Shown here piece after piece: positions 39,321 through 51,235 of a stretch of 64,000 bases of DNA (its first letter is position 1; each line of letters opens with the position of its first letter). The position numbers and the translations under genes were made by a program. The notes beneath the pieces are model-generated. The model saw only the letters and a program-made list of their open reading frames with translations. It was not told the origin of the DNA and ran no database searches. The stretch covers positions 86,091,611 through 86,155,610 of the forward strand of contig NC_068989.1 of NCBI RefSeq assembly GCF_001194135.2, read 5' to 3'. This DNA comes from Octopus bimaculoides. Its lineage: Eukaryota.

Positions 39321-39616
39321 GTTATCTCATCCTCATTAAAAAATTGCCATTAAAAATTTGGGTTATCTCCCCACTAAAAAATTGAGTTAATGTGGCGACA
39401 AGAGATTGGATTAAAAGAGTTAGATCCTTTTGATTCAATACTTCAACACATTTTTGACTTTTGGCCTCCTCATCGGATGATTTGTTATAAAAATGTTATC
39501 AGATTCAATAAGATATTTAATCTTTTCACTTTTCATGTTTATTAATTTTTTCATACTTTTTTAGTTGGGGGAGATAACCCAATTTTTTAATGGGGGTGAG
39601 ATAACCAAAAAGTATC
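39321..39616. mobile_element. Second copy of the same MITE (left end eroded)
   Basis: Colinear similarity to 39863-40296, including the internal AT-rich part and right TIR. Confidence 0.78.
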
Positions 39617-39862
39617 ATAAGTCCCTATTTTTAGGGACAAAATTCATAATAAAATGTTAAAATACAACAATTATTAACTCTTTAAGCTGCTGGGCAGATT
39701 CAACATTGTTTATTAATTTGCAGTCGTCTCTGAGTAAATTCATATCAACTTCACCAGTCTTAAGAGGGTGGGGGCATCATGGACGTTATCTTCTCTTCTC
39801 GAGACAAAAATGGGAAAAAATATGTCTATTGTTTTTGTTGTTTATCTTCAGGTAGATTTTGC

Positions 39863-40296
39863 GGTACTTTCTGGTTATCTCACCCCCATTAAAAATTTGC
39901 CATTAAAAAACTGGGTTATCACCCCACTAAAAAACCAAGTTAATGTCGTGACAAGACATTGGATTAAAAGTGTTAGATCCTTTTAATTCAATACCTCAAC
40001 ACATTTTTGACTTTTGACCTTCTCAATAGCCATCGTATGATCTGTTACAAAAATGTTATTAGATTCAGTAAGATGTTTAATCTTTCCAGTTCTCATGTTT
40101 ATTAATTTTTTCAGTTTTATATGATTTGTTATTATCAGATTCAAAACGAGGTTTTATAGTTTCATTTTTTTGTTTTATTAAAGGTTAAACAATTTTTTTT
40201 TAGTTGGGGGAGATAAACAAAAATACCGATATTTCTTATAGATCGTCGGGGAGATAACCCAATATTTTAATGGGAATGAGATAACCAAAAAGTATC
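39863..40296. mobile_element. MITE with GGTACTTT/AAAGTATC termini and repeated GAGATAACC subterminal motifs
   Basis: TIRs of about 60 bp; flanks GATTTTGC (39855-39862) and GACTTTGC (40297-40304), 7/8 identical. Confidence 0.78.
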
Positions 40297-40639
40297 GACT
40301 TTGCCTTTCATCCTATCGAGACCGGTAAAATAAGTACCAGTCATGCACTGAGGTCGATGTAATCAACTAACACACTTATCCAAAATTCCAGGAGACCTTA
40401 TACTTCTCGTAAACATTTCATTCGGCGTGCTAACGATTCTTTATGTTCCGGGTTTAAATTCCGTCGAAATCGTATCTCTGAAAAGAAAAGTACTTATTAA
40501 AATGTTACGGAAAATATAATCGGTAAGGGCTATTAAATTGTTCTGATGCCCTATTATAAGGGCGATTAGAGATGGTAATTACAAAATAAATTTAGCTCCA
40601 GTTCCTGAAAAATGCTAAATTGTCTCCCTTGACGTGTGT

Positions 40640-41515
40640 GTGTGTTTCAGTTATTAGCCAGCAACCCTTGCTGGAGCACCGATTGAAGGCTTTTGTCGAA
40701 CAAATCGACTTCAATACTTCTTTAAAAACGAGGTACTTATTCTACCGGGTAAATGTTTCGTAAAGGACCCGTTCGTACCTAGGTGTGAAATAATTTTTTT
40801 CCACGGATTTTTTCGAGTGCATTCAACGTATCTGACTTCCAAACTTACCGCAAACCACTTTTTTCAGGGAAAGAAAAGGGAGGATGGTGGTGGAGACCTC
40901 AGAGTTTTGTTTCGCGGGTTTTTGTTTTACTTTTCCAGGTTATTTCGCATACTTTCGACGAATGTGATATCGAAATCACGCGTAAACGGCTCCTTTCTCC
41001 AGAAAAGAAAAGATTTGGCTGCTATTTCTAGCACGTCCTGCTACCACGTAACAGCTATTGCGATAAAGGCTCATTTCGCTGTGAAATAATTTTTTGATCC
41101 CTCCCACCTCTTTCTTTACCGACAAAAAAAAGAAGAAAAAAAGTGGCTTGCGGTGTGTTTGGTGGTCAAATACGTTGAATGCACTCGAAAAAAACCCGTG
41201 GAAAAAAAAATTATTCTACACCGAGGTACGAACCGGTCCTTTACAAAATATCTACCTTCTACCGGCTCTTTTGCCGAAGCGCTGAGGTACGGGGGCGTGA
41301 ACAGCCCAACACGGGTTGCAAAGCAGTGACGAGGACAAAGACATATATATATGACAGGCTTCTTTCAGTTTCCGTCTGCCAAATTCGTTCACAATGCACT
41401 GGTCGGCCAAGAAATATTGCAGAATACACAGGTCCAAGGTGCCGAGAAGTGGGATTGAACCATGAATTACATCATTCAGAAGCAAGCTTCTTTATCATAG
41501 AGCATGTAGTGTAAT
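40640..41515 (-). mobile_element. Old SINE family A copy interrupted by the 509-bp fold-back transposon
   Basis: Tail sequence stops at ttctaccg (40747) and resumes at 41257. Confidence 0.7.
40748..41256. mobile_element. Non-autonomous DNA transposon with about 117-bp TIRs and perfect 8-bp TSD (Merlin-like)
   Basis: 40748-40864 is the inverted complement of 41137-41256; termini GGTA...TACC; TTCTACCG at 40740-40747 and 41257-41264; it splits a family A SINE. Confidence 0.85.
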
Positions 41516-42060
41516 TTCACGCGCACACATGAACGTGCGCACGCATTGACGTACACGTACGGACGGTATTGGTGACACAAAACTGGGACATCACCTCGAC
41601 ATGATGATGACGGGCACATTCAATGTCGTAAGTCGATTTATGTCATAACTAGGAACCAGCAACCGGCGAACCTCTCCTGCTACGCCTTACTATTACTAGT
41701 AGCAGCAGCAACAGTAACAATACTAGTAGTAGTATCAATAAATATCAATAATAATTTCAATAATGATCAATGTCATAGTAAAAGGAATCAAAAATATATT
41801 TTGAATATGGTTTAAATGTATATTTTTTGTTAGCGATATGATTTTGTGGTAAAGTTCGGAAATGTTCGTTCATTTCCGGTTATGTCACGAAGATTTTAGT
41901 ATCACGGTGACCCTGGAAGCTTGTGTGTCTGTCGTCTTCTAAAGAAGTCTGCTCCTTACTGTTGTGACGACCCCTGTGTATGTGTGTATATATATACACA
42001 CGTAGGCGTGTATGTGTACGTGTTACATAATGGGATTACATGTTACCGTTGCTGTTATAG

Positions 42061-42159
42061 GGAGACGGGACCACTGCCACCGAAAATAACAACACCACGA
42101 TCTCGACTATTACCACCACCACCACCTTCAGTAACAACTTCCACCCGGTATAACTTGAG
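42061..42159 (+). other. Candidate non-coding (5'UTR) exon, possibly of COASY
   Basis: gctgttatag acceptor, GAG|gtaggt donor, no ATG; near the right edge of the CpG-rich domain. Confidence 0.28.
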
Positions 42160-42560
42160 GTAGGTGGTTGGTTCGAATCTCACCAGTTACTTTCTGATAT
42201 CTGTGATAATCAATTTGTGACCCAGGACCCCAATCTAATACACTTTCTTTTCTTTTGCCTCTCTTTTTGACCTCTTTTATTTCTCTCTTTCTGTGTTTCC
42301 CTCTCGCTTTCTCTTTCATGCCCCTTCATCTATCGTTTTTATAATTTTCATTCTCTCTCCTCCTGTCTATCTCCCTCTCTCCCCCCCTCTATCTCTTAGT
42401 TAAAGCTGTGGACAGTCCTTTCTGCCAGACGAAACCATATGTTAAAAAGTTCACTTCGCAACGACGTAGTTTCAGGTTCGATCTCACACTGAACATATCT
42501 CTTTTTATCATCGCTTCGGCAGACGAAAACTGTGGACATCTGTTGTATATGTATGTATTT

Positions 42561-42638
42561 GTGTTTGTATTTATACCGGTTTTGAGATTGATATTCTTTG
42601 TGTTTGTATTTATACCGGTTTTGAGATTGATATTCTTT
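42561..42638. repeat. 39-bp tandem duplication
   Basis: gtgtttgtatttataccggttttgagattgatattcttt x2. Confidence 0.9.
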
Positions 42639-42897
42639 GTGTTGTGTCCCTTTATGCTCTATAATTGTGCGGTTCAACAAAGAGAGATCGGCAAAACAAG
42701 TACCCCACTGATATATGTATTTGGCTCTCTTGAAAGGCTTTAGTCGATCATGCCGGTCTTTGCCTATAGCTTCCCTTCTTTCTACAACCTCTGTACTGAT
42801 ATCAAACCCATTCCACCCATTATGCTTCGTTATCGTAGTTATATCAAACTACATCGTCCAATATGCCCTCCCCACTTTTTTTTTAAAGAGCATAAGG

Positions 42898-43213
42898 CAG
42901 TGGTAGTCAACCAATTTTTACCTATGGACGGACCCTTTTGATTACTGTTTTACTCTACTTGACCCCTATAGCTATTTGAGGTTTAGAAAATCCTATTATA
43001 TTTTCATAATTAAATATTATTAGGAATTGTTTTTAAAAATGTTACCGAATATTTTATGTGTTGAAGAAGTATAACCAATTTATCGCGCATAAATTTTAAC
43101 AACAAAATCTTATATGAACCCTTAAGGGTCATATGAACCCCTAAGGGTCATATGAACCCATAAGGGTCATATGAACCCATAAGGGTCATATGAACCTCGG
43201 TTGAGAAACACTG
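42898..43213. mobile_element. hAT (Charlie-like) MITE containing a 19-bp minisatellite
   Basis: TIRs CAGTGGTAGTCAACC / GGTTGAGAAACACTG; 8-bp flanks GCATAAGG / GCGTAGGG (6/8). Confidence 0.75.
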
Positions 43214-43412
43214 GCGTAGGGTGTACTGTGTAAGGGATTTGGTTACTATTTCTAATAGATAGAACAAAATGAAAAGGCATTATATAAATAAGGGTATTGA
43301 TCGTATCTCATTACATAACCTCTTATTTCTAATTCCTCTTTTTTTGCTCTCATTCTTCAACTTTTCTGTTGCTTTCATCCCATCCCACGTACATAATGTA
43401 TATGCTAATATA

Positions 43413-43539
43413 CAGGGTGTCCACAAAGCCTGGGTACATGGGAGTAAATAAAATCATAACATAAATAATTAAATATAAGAAATAATAATTTCTTAAAGTA
43501 TGTGTTAATCCCATGTACCCAGACTTTGTGGACACCCTG
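43413..43539. mobile_element. 127-bp Tc1/mariner-type MITE
   Basis: 29-bp TIRs CAGGGTGTCCACAAAG(C/T)CTGGGTACATGG with TA on both sides. Confidence 0.85.
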
Positions 43540-45251
43540 TATATTCAACTCTCGCAAACTTATCTAGCCATCGTTCATGTATATACAAATATATCTATCC
43601 ATCACGTATATACGAATACATCTATCTAATACACACACACACTTTTATTTGCAAACATATTCCCTACACATGCAGGCAAATGTAATCTAACTTTCCAGTA
43701 CATACCGCACATCTATATTCAAACATCGTTTTATGTTTCTTCAGCGAGTGAGACCTTGTTATAATGAAGCTTAATACTGCGGTAATTTAACAACTAAAAG
43801 CACGTAAAAAAAAAAAAAAAGTAACTCATTGCTTGATTTTCTCAGAATTTCCCGCTTTAATTTGAATATCCTTTAAAGAACCAGCTTATCGCTTCATGAG
43901 CACTTGTCACACTTGAAGTGATTTTTCTGTTTGGGTGTGATTGCGCAAGCTATATCAATTTCTTAAAGTACATCATCATCAACCTCTATAATATTGTCTC
44001 AAGTCCCAGGGTTCATAGGGGCAGTTATCCAGGTTCCATGGCAGATAAGTGGACAAGATAACAACATTCCCCCTGAATAGGATGTTAGTCTGTTGCAGGG
44101 TTGCTTACTTACTGTTGAGTGGATTGAAGTAATGTGAAATGAAGTGTTTTGCTCAAGAACACAATGTACTTCTTAGCTCAGGGATTGAAACCACAATCTT
44201 GTGATTGTGAAAGCAACACTTTAACCACTAGGTCACTCACCTATTTATAACCACTATTTATTTCTTCACAGCACTACAACTGATTCATTCTCACTCCCAC
44301 CACCACTAAATGTGAATTGTCTTTACCAGAACTTGCTCTACCCCACACCCTTCTTATACTTTAACCCTCATTTCCTAGCACAAAGCTGCCTCCACTCTTG
44401 GGTTTCGTAGTCTTGCAAGTTGCATGGTGACCTCATGAGTACCAGTGGCACAAAAAAAGCATCCAGCACACCCTGTAAAGTGGTTGGTGTTAGGAAATGG
44501 CATCCAGTCATAGAAATCATGCCAAAGTAGACTCTGCAGCATAATGTATTCTTTCGATCCATCAGGTTCTGCCAAACCATCTAACCCATGCCAGTATTGA
44601 ACATGGACATTACATGATGACGAGGGCATGTAACCTGGTACTTCTAAAAGGAGTGTAAAACTTGATTTACAGTGACTGATGATAAATATCAAACCCTCAA
44701 AGACTTCTGGGAAAATTCAAACATTATGGGAGCAGTAAAAAAAATATAAAGTTAACCATTCATGTCTCATTGCACGTGGACAAAATTTTGTTCAAATGTC
44801 ATCGTTTAACGTCTGCTTTCCATGCTGGCATGGGTTGGACGATTTGACTGAGGACTGGCGAACTGGATGGCTGCACCAGGCTCCAATCTGAAATGGCAGA
44901 GTTTCTACATCTGGATGCCCTTCCTAACGCCAACCATCCTGAGAGTGTAGTGGGTGCTTTTACACTCTGTAGAAACCATGGCAAAGCAGACACTGGAGCA
45001 CTATATGGTCCTAAGATGTGTTGTATTCTGTCAAAGTGTCTTTACCCTGCAACATGGACATTAAATAATGATGGTGATGATAATGATGATGTGGCTTTCA
45101 AACATCAATCTAAATTTTGATCAGTTTAGAAGTTAAAAGACCTATAACGGTAATGCTGAATTATTTTGGGGGAAGAAGTTCATTAGAAGAAGAAGAAGAA
45201 GAAGAAGCAAAGCAGTCAATTCTAAAGATTAAGATTTAATAAAACTCATAT

Positions 45252-45626
45252 TCTTTTACTTGTTTCAGTCATTTGACTGTGGCCATGCTGGAGCACTGCC
45301 TTTAATCAAACAAATCAATCCCAGGACTTATTCTTTGTAAGCCTAGTACTTATTCTATTGGTCTCTTTCGGCAAACCGCTAAGTTATGGCGATGTAAACA
45401 AACCAGCATTGGACGTCAAGCGATGTTGGGGGGGGAGCACATACACACACATGCATCTATATATATACATACACACACACACACACACACACACNNNNNN
45501 NNNNAGTACTTATTCTATTGGTCTCTTTCGGCAAACCGCTAAGTTATGGCGATGTAAACAAACCAGCATTGGACGTCAAGCGATGTTGGGGGGGGAGCAC
45601 ATACACACACATGCATCTATATATAT

Positions 45627-45673
<47 letters not shown>

Positions 45674-45850
45674 CACACACACACACACACGGTGGGCTTC
45701 TTTCAGTTTCTGTCTACCAAATCCACTCACAAGACTTTGGTTGGCCCAAGGATATAGTAGAAGGCACTTACCCAAAGTGCCATGCAGTGGGACTGAACCC
45801 GGAATCGTGGTTGGTAAACAAGCTACTTACCACACAGCCACTCCTGTGCC
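45252..45850 (-). mobile_element. SINE family A immediately downstream of tRNA-Leu
   Basis: Head gccactcctgtgcc ends at 45850. Confidence 0.85.
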
Positions 45851-45863
45851 TATAGAAAATGTT

Positions 45864-45975
45864 TGTCAGAAGTGGGATTTGAACCCCCACCCACATTTGT
45901 GGACCAGAATACTCATTGTTCTGGTAAGGATATTATCCTTGAGTCTGGCGCCTGAGACCACTTGGCCATCCTGAC
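45864..45975 (-). tRNA. tRNA-Leu-CAA: tRNA-Leu(CAA) with 28-nt intron (45910-45937); gene or recent pseudogene
   Basis: Minus strand GTCAGGATGGCCAAGTGGTCTCAGGCGCCAGACTCAAG[intron]TTCTGGTCCACAAATGTGGGTGGGGGTTCAAATCCCACTTCTGACA. Acceptor, D, anticodon and variable arms pair; intron follows base 37; TTTT lies just downstream; one G:A mismatch in the T stem. Confidence 0.87.
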
Positions 45976-47043
45976 ATAGTATCATATTTTTTATTGTTTC
46001 ATATTTTTACATGCTGCATGAACTAAAAAAAAAAAATGTATATATGTAGTTTTGATTGAATTACACATAATTTTGTTCTCAGTAGTTTTTCTCTTCATAT
46101 AGGTGCACTGTTGGCCTACTATATATCAAACGTGTGTATTTCAATGATTAAATAAATTTATCTGTATCAGAGCTGGGTTACCTTCTTCTGATAAGGAGGT
46201 TTGTGTTAGTGAAAAATAATGTGGAACATACCTATTTCGTTAATTGAAGTATAGGTGTATTTGAAAAAAAAAAAAGTATGTCTGTAGTACTGTAATATAA
46301 ATGCAAGCAGCCACACTAGAAATAAATTTGAAAACCCTAATATTATGTTTATAGTAGTATAGTCTTCTCAATTCGTCTGTCTTTATGTTCTGAGTTCAAA
46401 TTCTGCCAAGGTTGACTTTGCCTTTCATCCTTTTGAGCCTGGTGTTTAGGCATAGTATCACTGGAAATACAGACTTCTGGGTTACAATTTGTTGTTCTTA
46501 CATGCTACCATAGTTCATGCAATGACCAACGCACCCCCACACCCACAGGTGTATCGGTATGGTATCACACACAAACACGCCTCCTCTGTAGCTCTGATTT
46601 GTTACACAAACCCACAAACGCTTCGCTATTATTTCTCTGATAAAACTGCTGACACCAATTCCCAAAACAACACTGTTTCTTATCTGGGTGTAGAGGTTTG
46701 TGTGGGGTGGTGGTGGAGACAGAAAATGGGATTTGGTAGAATAAAGGTGATTGGTATTGTGGTAGTGGTGGTGGTGATGAGAATGATGGTGGTTGTGGTG
46801 GCGGCGGGGATACATGGTGGTGGGGCAAGGAACTAATAACGTCTAAGCTGGAATGTGTTTACGCATATCTATTCAGATACACACACACACACACACACAC
46901 ACATTACCTGTATTGACCTGACTATTTGATGTAGTTATACAACGCTAATCACAGTGCGCTTCCAATTCTTCTTGGGTCAGTCACAGGTCATTGGTCAAGG
47001 TGTGCTCTATAAAAGCTGACCTGGTGCTAAACAACTATATAAA

Positions 47044-47773
47044 CATCATCATGATCATCGTTGTTTAACGTCCACTTTCCATGCTGGCATGGGTTGGATG
47101 GTTTGACTGGGGACTGGCAAACCAGAAGGCTGTACCAGGCTCCAATCTGATCTGGCAAGGTTTCTGCAGTTGGATGCCCTTCCTAACGCCAACCACTCTG
47201 AGAGTGTAGTGGGTGCTTTTTATGTGCCACCGCGGCACAGGAGCCAGTCAGGCGGGCCTGGCATCGATCATGTTCGAATAGTGCTTTTTACGTGCCACCA
47301 GCACAAGGGCCGGTAAGGCAGTACTGGCATCAACCATGCTTGAATGGTGCTTTTTATGTGCCACTGACACTGGAGCCAGTCAGGCGGCACTGGCATCGGT
47401 CACGACAATGACTTCACTTGACTCAACAGGTCTTCACAAGCACAGTTTATTGCCCAATGATTGAAGGATACTCTTAAATGGGCCAGTTATGCTGCACTGA
47501 CATAGGCCATGGTTACAGTCTCACTTGGCTTGCTAGGTCTTCTCTAATACAGCATATCTCCAAAGGTCTTGGTTACTTGTCATCGCCTCTGTGCGGCCCA
47601 ATGTTTGAAGGTTGTGCTTCACCACCTCATTCCAGGTCTTCCTGGGTCTACTTCTTCCACAAGTTCCCTCTACTGCTAGGGTGTGACACGTTTTCACACA
47701 GCTGTCCTCATCCATATGCAATATATAACCATATCAGTGTAGTTATCTCTCTTGCACACCACATCTGATGCTT
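47044..47773 (-). mobile_element. 5'-truncated RTE LINE: ORF2 C-terminus, repeat-containing 3'UTR and (ATG)n tail
   Basis: MDEDSCVKTCHTLAVEGTCGRSRPRKTWNEVVK...DLWRYAVLEKT is a typical RTE C-terminus; it runs directly into the family C sequence. Confidence 0.92.
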
Positions 47774-47876
47774 CTTGTTCACACATACACAAACATACTC
47801 TGACACACACACATACATGCAGAAACCTTGTTTTGCATTTATGTGCTTACTCGTGTATATATGTGTGTGTGTGTGT

Positions 47877-48262
47877 AGGTGCAATGGCCCACTGGTTAGG
47901 GCAGCAGACTCGCTGTCATAGGTTCATGGTTTCGATTCCCAGAACGGGTGTTGTGAATGTTTATTGAGTGAAAGCACCTAAAAGCTCCCTGAGGCTCCAG
48001 CAGGAAGTGGTAGTGAACCTTGCTGTACTCTTTCACCACAACTTTCTCTCACTCTTTCTTCCAGTGTTTCTGTTGTACTTTTATTTCAAAGGGCCAGTCT
48101 TGTCGCACTCTGTATCACACAGAATTTCCCCGAGAACTACGTTAAGAGTACACGTGTCTGTGGAGTGCTCAGCCACTTGGTGTGTTAATTTCATGAGCAG
48201 GCTGTTCTGTTGATCAGATCAACTGGAACCCTCATTGTCATAACCAACGGAGTGTCACGACA
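47877..48262 (+). mobile_element. SINE family D
   Basis: Reverse complement of 1-365. Confidence 0.85.
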
Positions 48263-48605
48263 ATATGTATGTATATGTGGTGAAGGGTGACTGGGAAACT
48301 AGGGCACAGCAGTCTACCCCACCACCACTGAGGTTGGTGGTGGGGGTGGGGGGTTTCCGTGTGTTCCACCCTCTTTCATTTTCTTTGAATAGTATAGTAT
48401 TATATATGCTTTGAGATATGAGGAATCTGAAAATGGAAATAGTTTGCTACCTATGATGCACCATTTTGAAGTAGTTAGTAAAACACGACATATAACTTTG
48501 GAAATCACTTTCCAATGATTTCATCCATTAGGAGCTATTCAAGCCATTGACGTTGAGAAAAAAGTCGAAATTCTTTTTAAAGTTTGGAAGAAAATTTGAC
48601 ATTCA

Positions 48606-49278
48606 AGGCGCAGGAGTGGCTGTGTGGTAAGTAGCTTGCTTACCAGCCACATGGTTCTGGGTTCAGTCCCACTGCGTGGCACCTTGGGCAAGTGTCTTCT
48701 ACTATAGCCTCAGGCCAACCAAAGCCTTGTGAGTGGATTTGGTAGACGGAAACTGAAAGAAGCCCATTGTATGTATGTATATATATATATATATATATAT
48801 ATNNNNNNNNNNNNNNNNNNNNNNNNNNNNNNNNNNNNNNNNNNNNNNNNNNNNNNNNNNNNNNNNNNNNNNNNNNNNNNNNNNNNNNNNNNNNNNNNNN
48901 NNNNNNNNNNNNNNNNNNNNNNNNNNNNNNNNNNNNNNNNNNNNNNNNNNNNNNNNNNNNNNNNNNNNNNNNNNNNGAGGTTATGTAATGAGTCGTTACC
49001 TATATATATATATATATATATAGATATAGATATATATATATGTATGTGTGTGTATATGTTTGTGTGTCTGTGTTTGTCCCCCCACCATTGCTTGACAAGC
49101 GATGCTGATGTGTTTACGTTCCCATAGCTTAGCGGTTCGGCAAAAACAGACCGATAGAATAAGTACTTGGCTTACAAAGAATACGCCCTTGGGTCGATTT
49201 GCTCGACTAAAGGCGGTGCTCCAGCATGGCCGCAGTCAAATGACTGAGACAAGTAAAAGAGTAAAAGAGAGTAAAGAG
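48606..49278 (+). mobile_element. SINE family A, full length, with a gap in the internal microsatellite
   Basis: Head before and tail after the N run. Confidence 0.85.
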
Positions 49279-50344
49279 TTTTCACAAACTCTTGAAGCTG
49301 ATTGAGAGAGTACCAAATTAAGTGAACGTGTATGACAATGTACAACTTCTGTCAGTGATGAAGCTTTTCTGTCTTTACTGACATCAACTTCTCCCCTAAA
49401 CCTTTCTTGAAGCCTTTATTTCTCATCAACAAGTTGCAAAACGTGTGACAGTTAAGATTTCATCCAAAAGTCTGTGGTCTCACCAAACAACAACAACAAA
49501 TGCTATTTTTTTCAATCATTAGCTTAATTACACCTTCGTTTATAACAGCTATACAATTAAATGATTTTGTTTTGAATATCACTTGAAAGTGACATTTGTT
49601 TTCAGTATCACTTCAAAGCTGAGAAAATGTGTTCTTATACAAACTAGCAGTAATGGGAAACAGAAAAGATTTATTCAGAATGGGTTATCTTATCATTCTC
49701 CAGACCTCAGTCAAACCGTCCGACCCATGCCAGCATGGAAACTGGACGTTTAAACGATGATGATGATGTGGTGAGCTGGCAGAATCATTAGCACACCAGA
49801 CAAAACGCTTAGCGACATTTTGTCCATTTTTACATCTTGAGTTCAAATTCCACCAAGGTCAACTTTGCATTTCATTCTCTTGGGGTTAATAAAATAAGTA
49901 CCAGACACACACTGGCATTGATGTAATTGATGAACTCCCTTTCTCCAAAATTTCAGTCCTTGTGCCTATAGAAGAAAGGATTATTATTACAAGGGTAGTG
50001 GCTAGCAGTGTTGGTAAAATACTGGAGAAAATTCATTGTAACATTTTAGTTACGTCTCTTTACGTACTGATTTCAAATCCTGCAGGTGTTGACTTGACAT
50101 TTTGTTCATTTGATGAAATAAAGTATTAGTTGATGAAAGAAGTATCAGCTAAATTCTGTTGTTCACTTTAATTGATTACAGGTCTTCCCCCCATCATTTC
50201 ATAGCATCGGTTGGTTCAAAGCTAGGAATTATCATTTATGCTGTAACTGCAAAATTGATCCACCATGCTTCACATGAATGTTAAATATTTTGTTTGTGTG
50301 TTTTTCTCTCTTTGATTTCTTTTTCTTTTCTTTTTTTTTAACAG

Positions 50345-50414
50345 GTGTACTAGTCTTTCATTCTATTAGAATTTGGTAAATTTGGTATCAACAGGAACAA
50401 ATTCTTCAAGCATC
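50345..50414 (+). other. COASY: 5'UTR part of the first coding exon of COASY; an upstream non-coding exon is implied
   Basis: Long polypyrimidine tract (tttgatttctttttcttttctttttttttaacag) ends in AG at 50343-50344; no ATG occurs before 50415. Confidence 0.7.
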
Positions 50415-51120
50415 ATGTCTCGTTCTGTGTTGCTGTTACTTACTTCACCGATTCCAAAGTTGAAATCAAAGGTACAAGCAATCTTGCAGGCATCTAAACA
50501 ATATGCAAAGAACTCGCTCTATATCCAACTTCAGCCGATGCAAAAGCCTTCAAAACCCAGTTCTGCTACAGTGTTTAAACTGAAGCATGTCGCACCAACA
50601 GAAGATGCCTTTCACCTGATGCAACAATTCTATCAGACCAACGCTGCTTTATTCAAACAAATAGATCTTCGGATCATCTTAGATTCTTTTGGTGCTGCCC
50701 CTGTACCTGATCCTGTGGTTACAAAAACTACAACGTCATCATCTGGGCAAGACCAAACTTACCAGTCTTTGAGGAACTTTGACCTCATACTGCATGATTT
50801 TATCACGTCTGATGCCAACCACAAAAACAAATTCTTGCATGATGTTGCACATTGCTTTCCCAAGTGTGATCTGGGTCAAAATTTTGAGAACATTGTACCT
50901 CTTCCTTTACCGCAAACGCCATTGAACGATGATGCTTCACCGAGAACAACTGATGACACTTCAGGAGTAGCCTCAGTGGTAATGACCACGTATGGCCATG
51001 TCGTGCTGGGTGGAACCTTCGACCGGTTGCATGCAGGACACAAAGTGTTGCTCACCCAGGCGTGTCTCCTCTCGTCCCATGCTGTCATGATTGGAGTAAC
51101 AGATGACAACTTTGCTGCAA
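50415..51120 (+). CDS. COASY: COASY coding exon 1 (N-terminal region and start of PPAT domain)
   Basis: ATG at 50415; [12 protein letters not shown] motif; donor gtaatt at 51121; 706 nt, phase 1. Confidence 0.95.
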
Positions 51121-51202
51121 GTAATTTTAGTATTTTTTTTGTGACTCCACTGACCACTACCATTACTAAACATACACTCCTATATTTGGAGTGTATACAT
51201 AC

Positions 51203-51235
<33 letters not shown>

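Noticed and set aside
45345-45660. Identical tandem duplication of about 150 bp
   Set aside because: The copies are separated by a 10-N gap at a (CA)n array; typical contig-overlap artefact.
46489-46836. Overlapping 87-115 aa ORFs with His/Val runs
   Set aside because: Driven by GGT/CAC low-complexity repeats; no recognisable domain.
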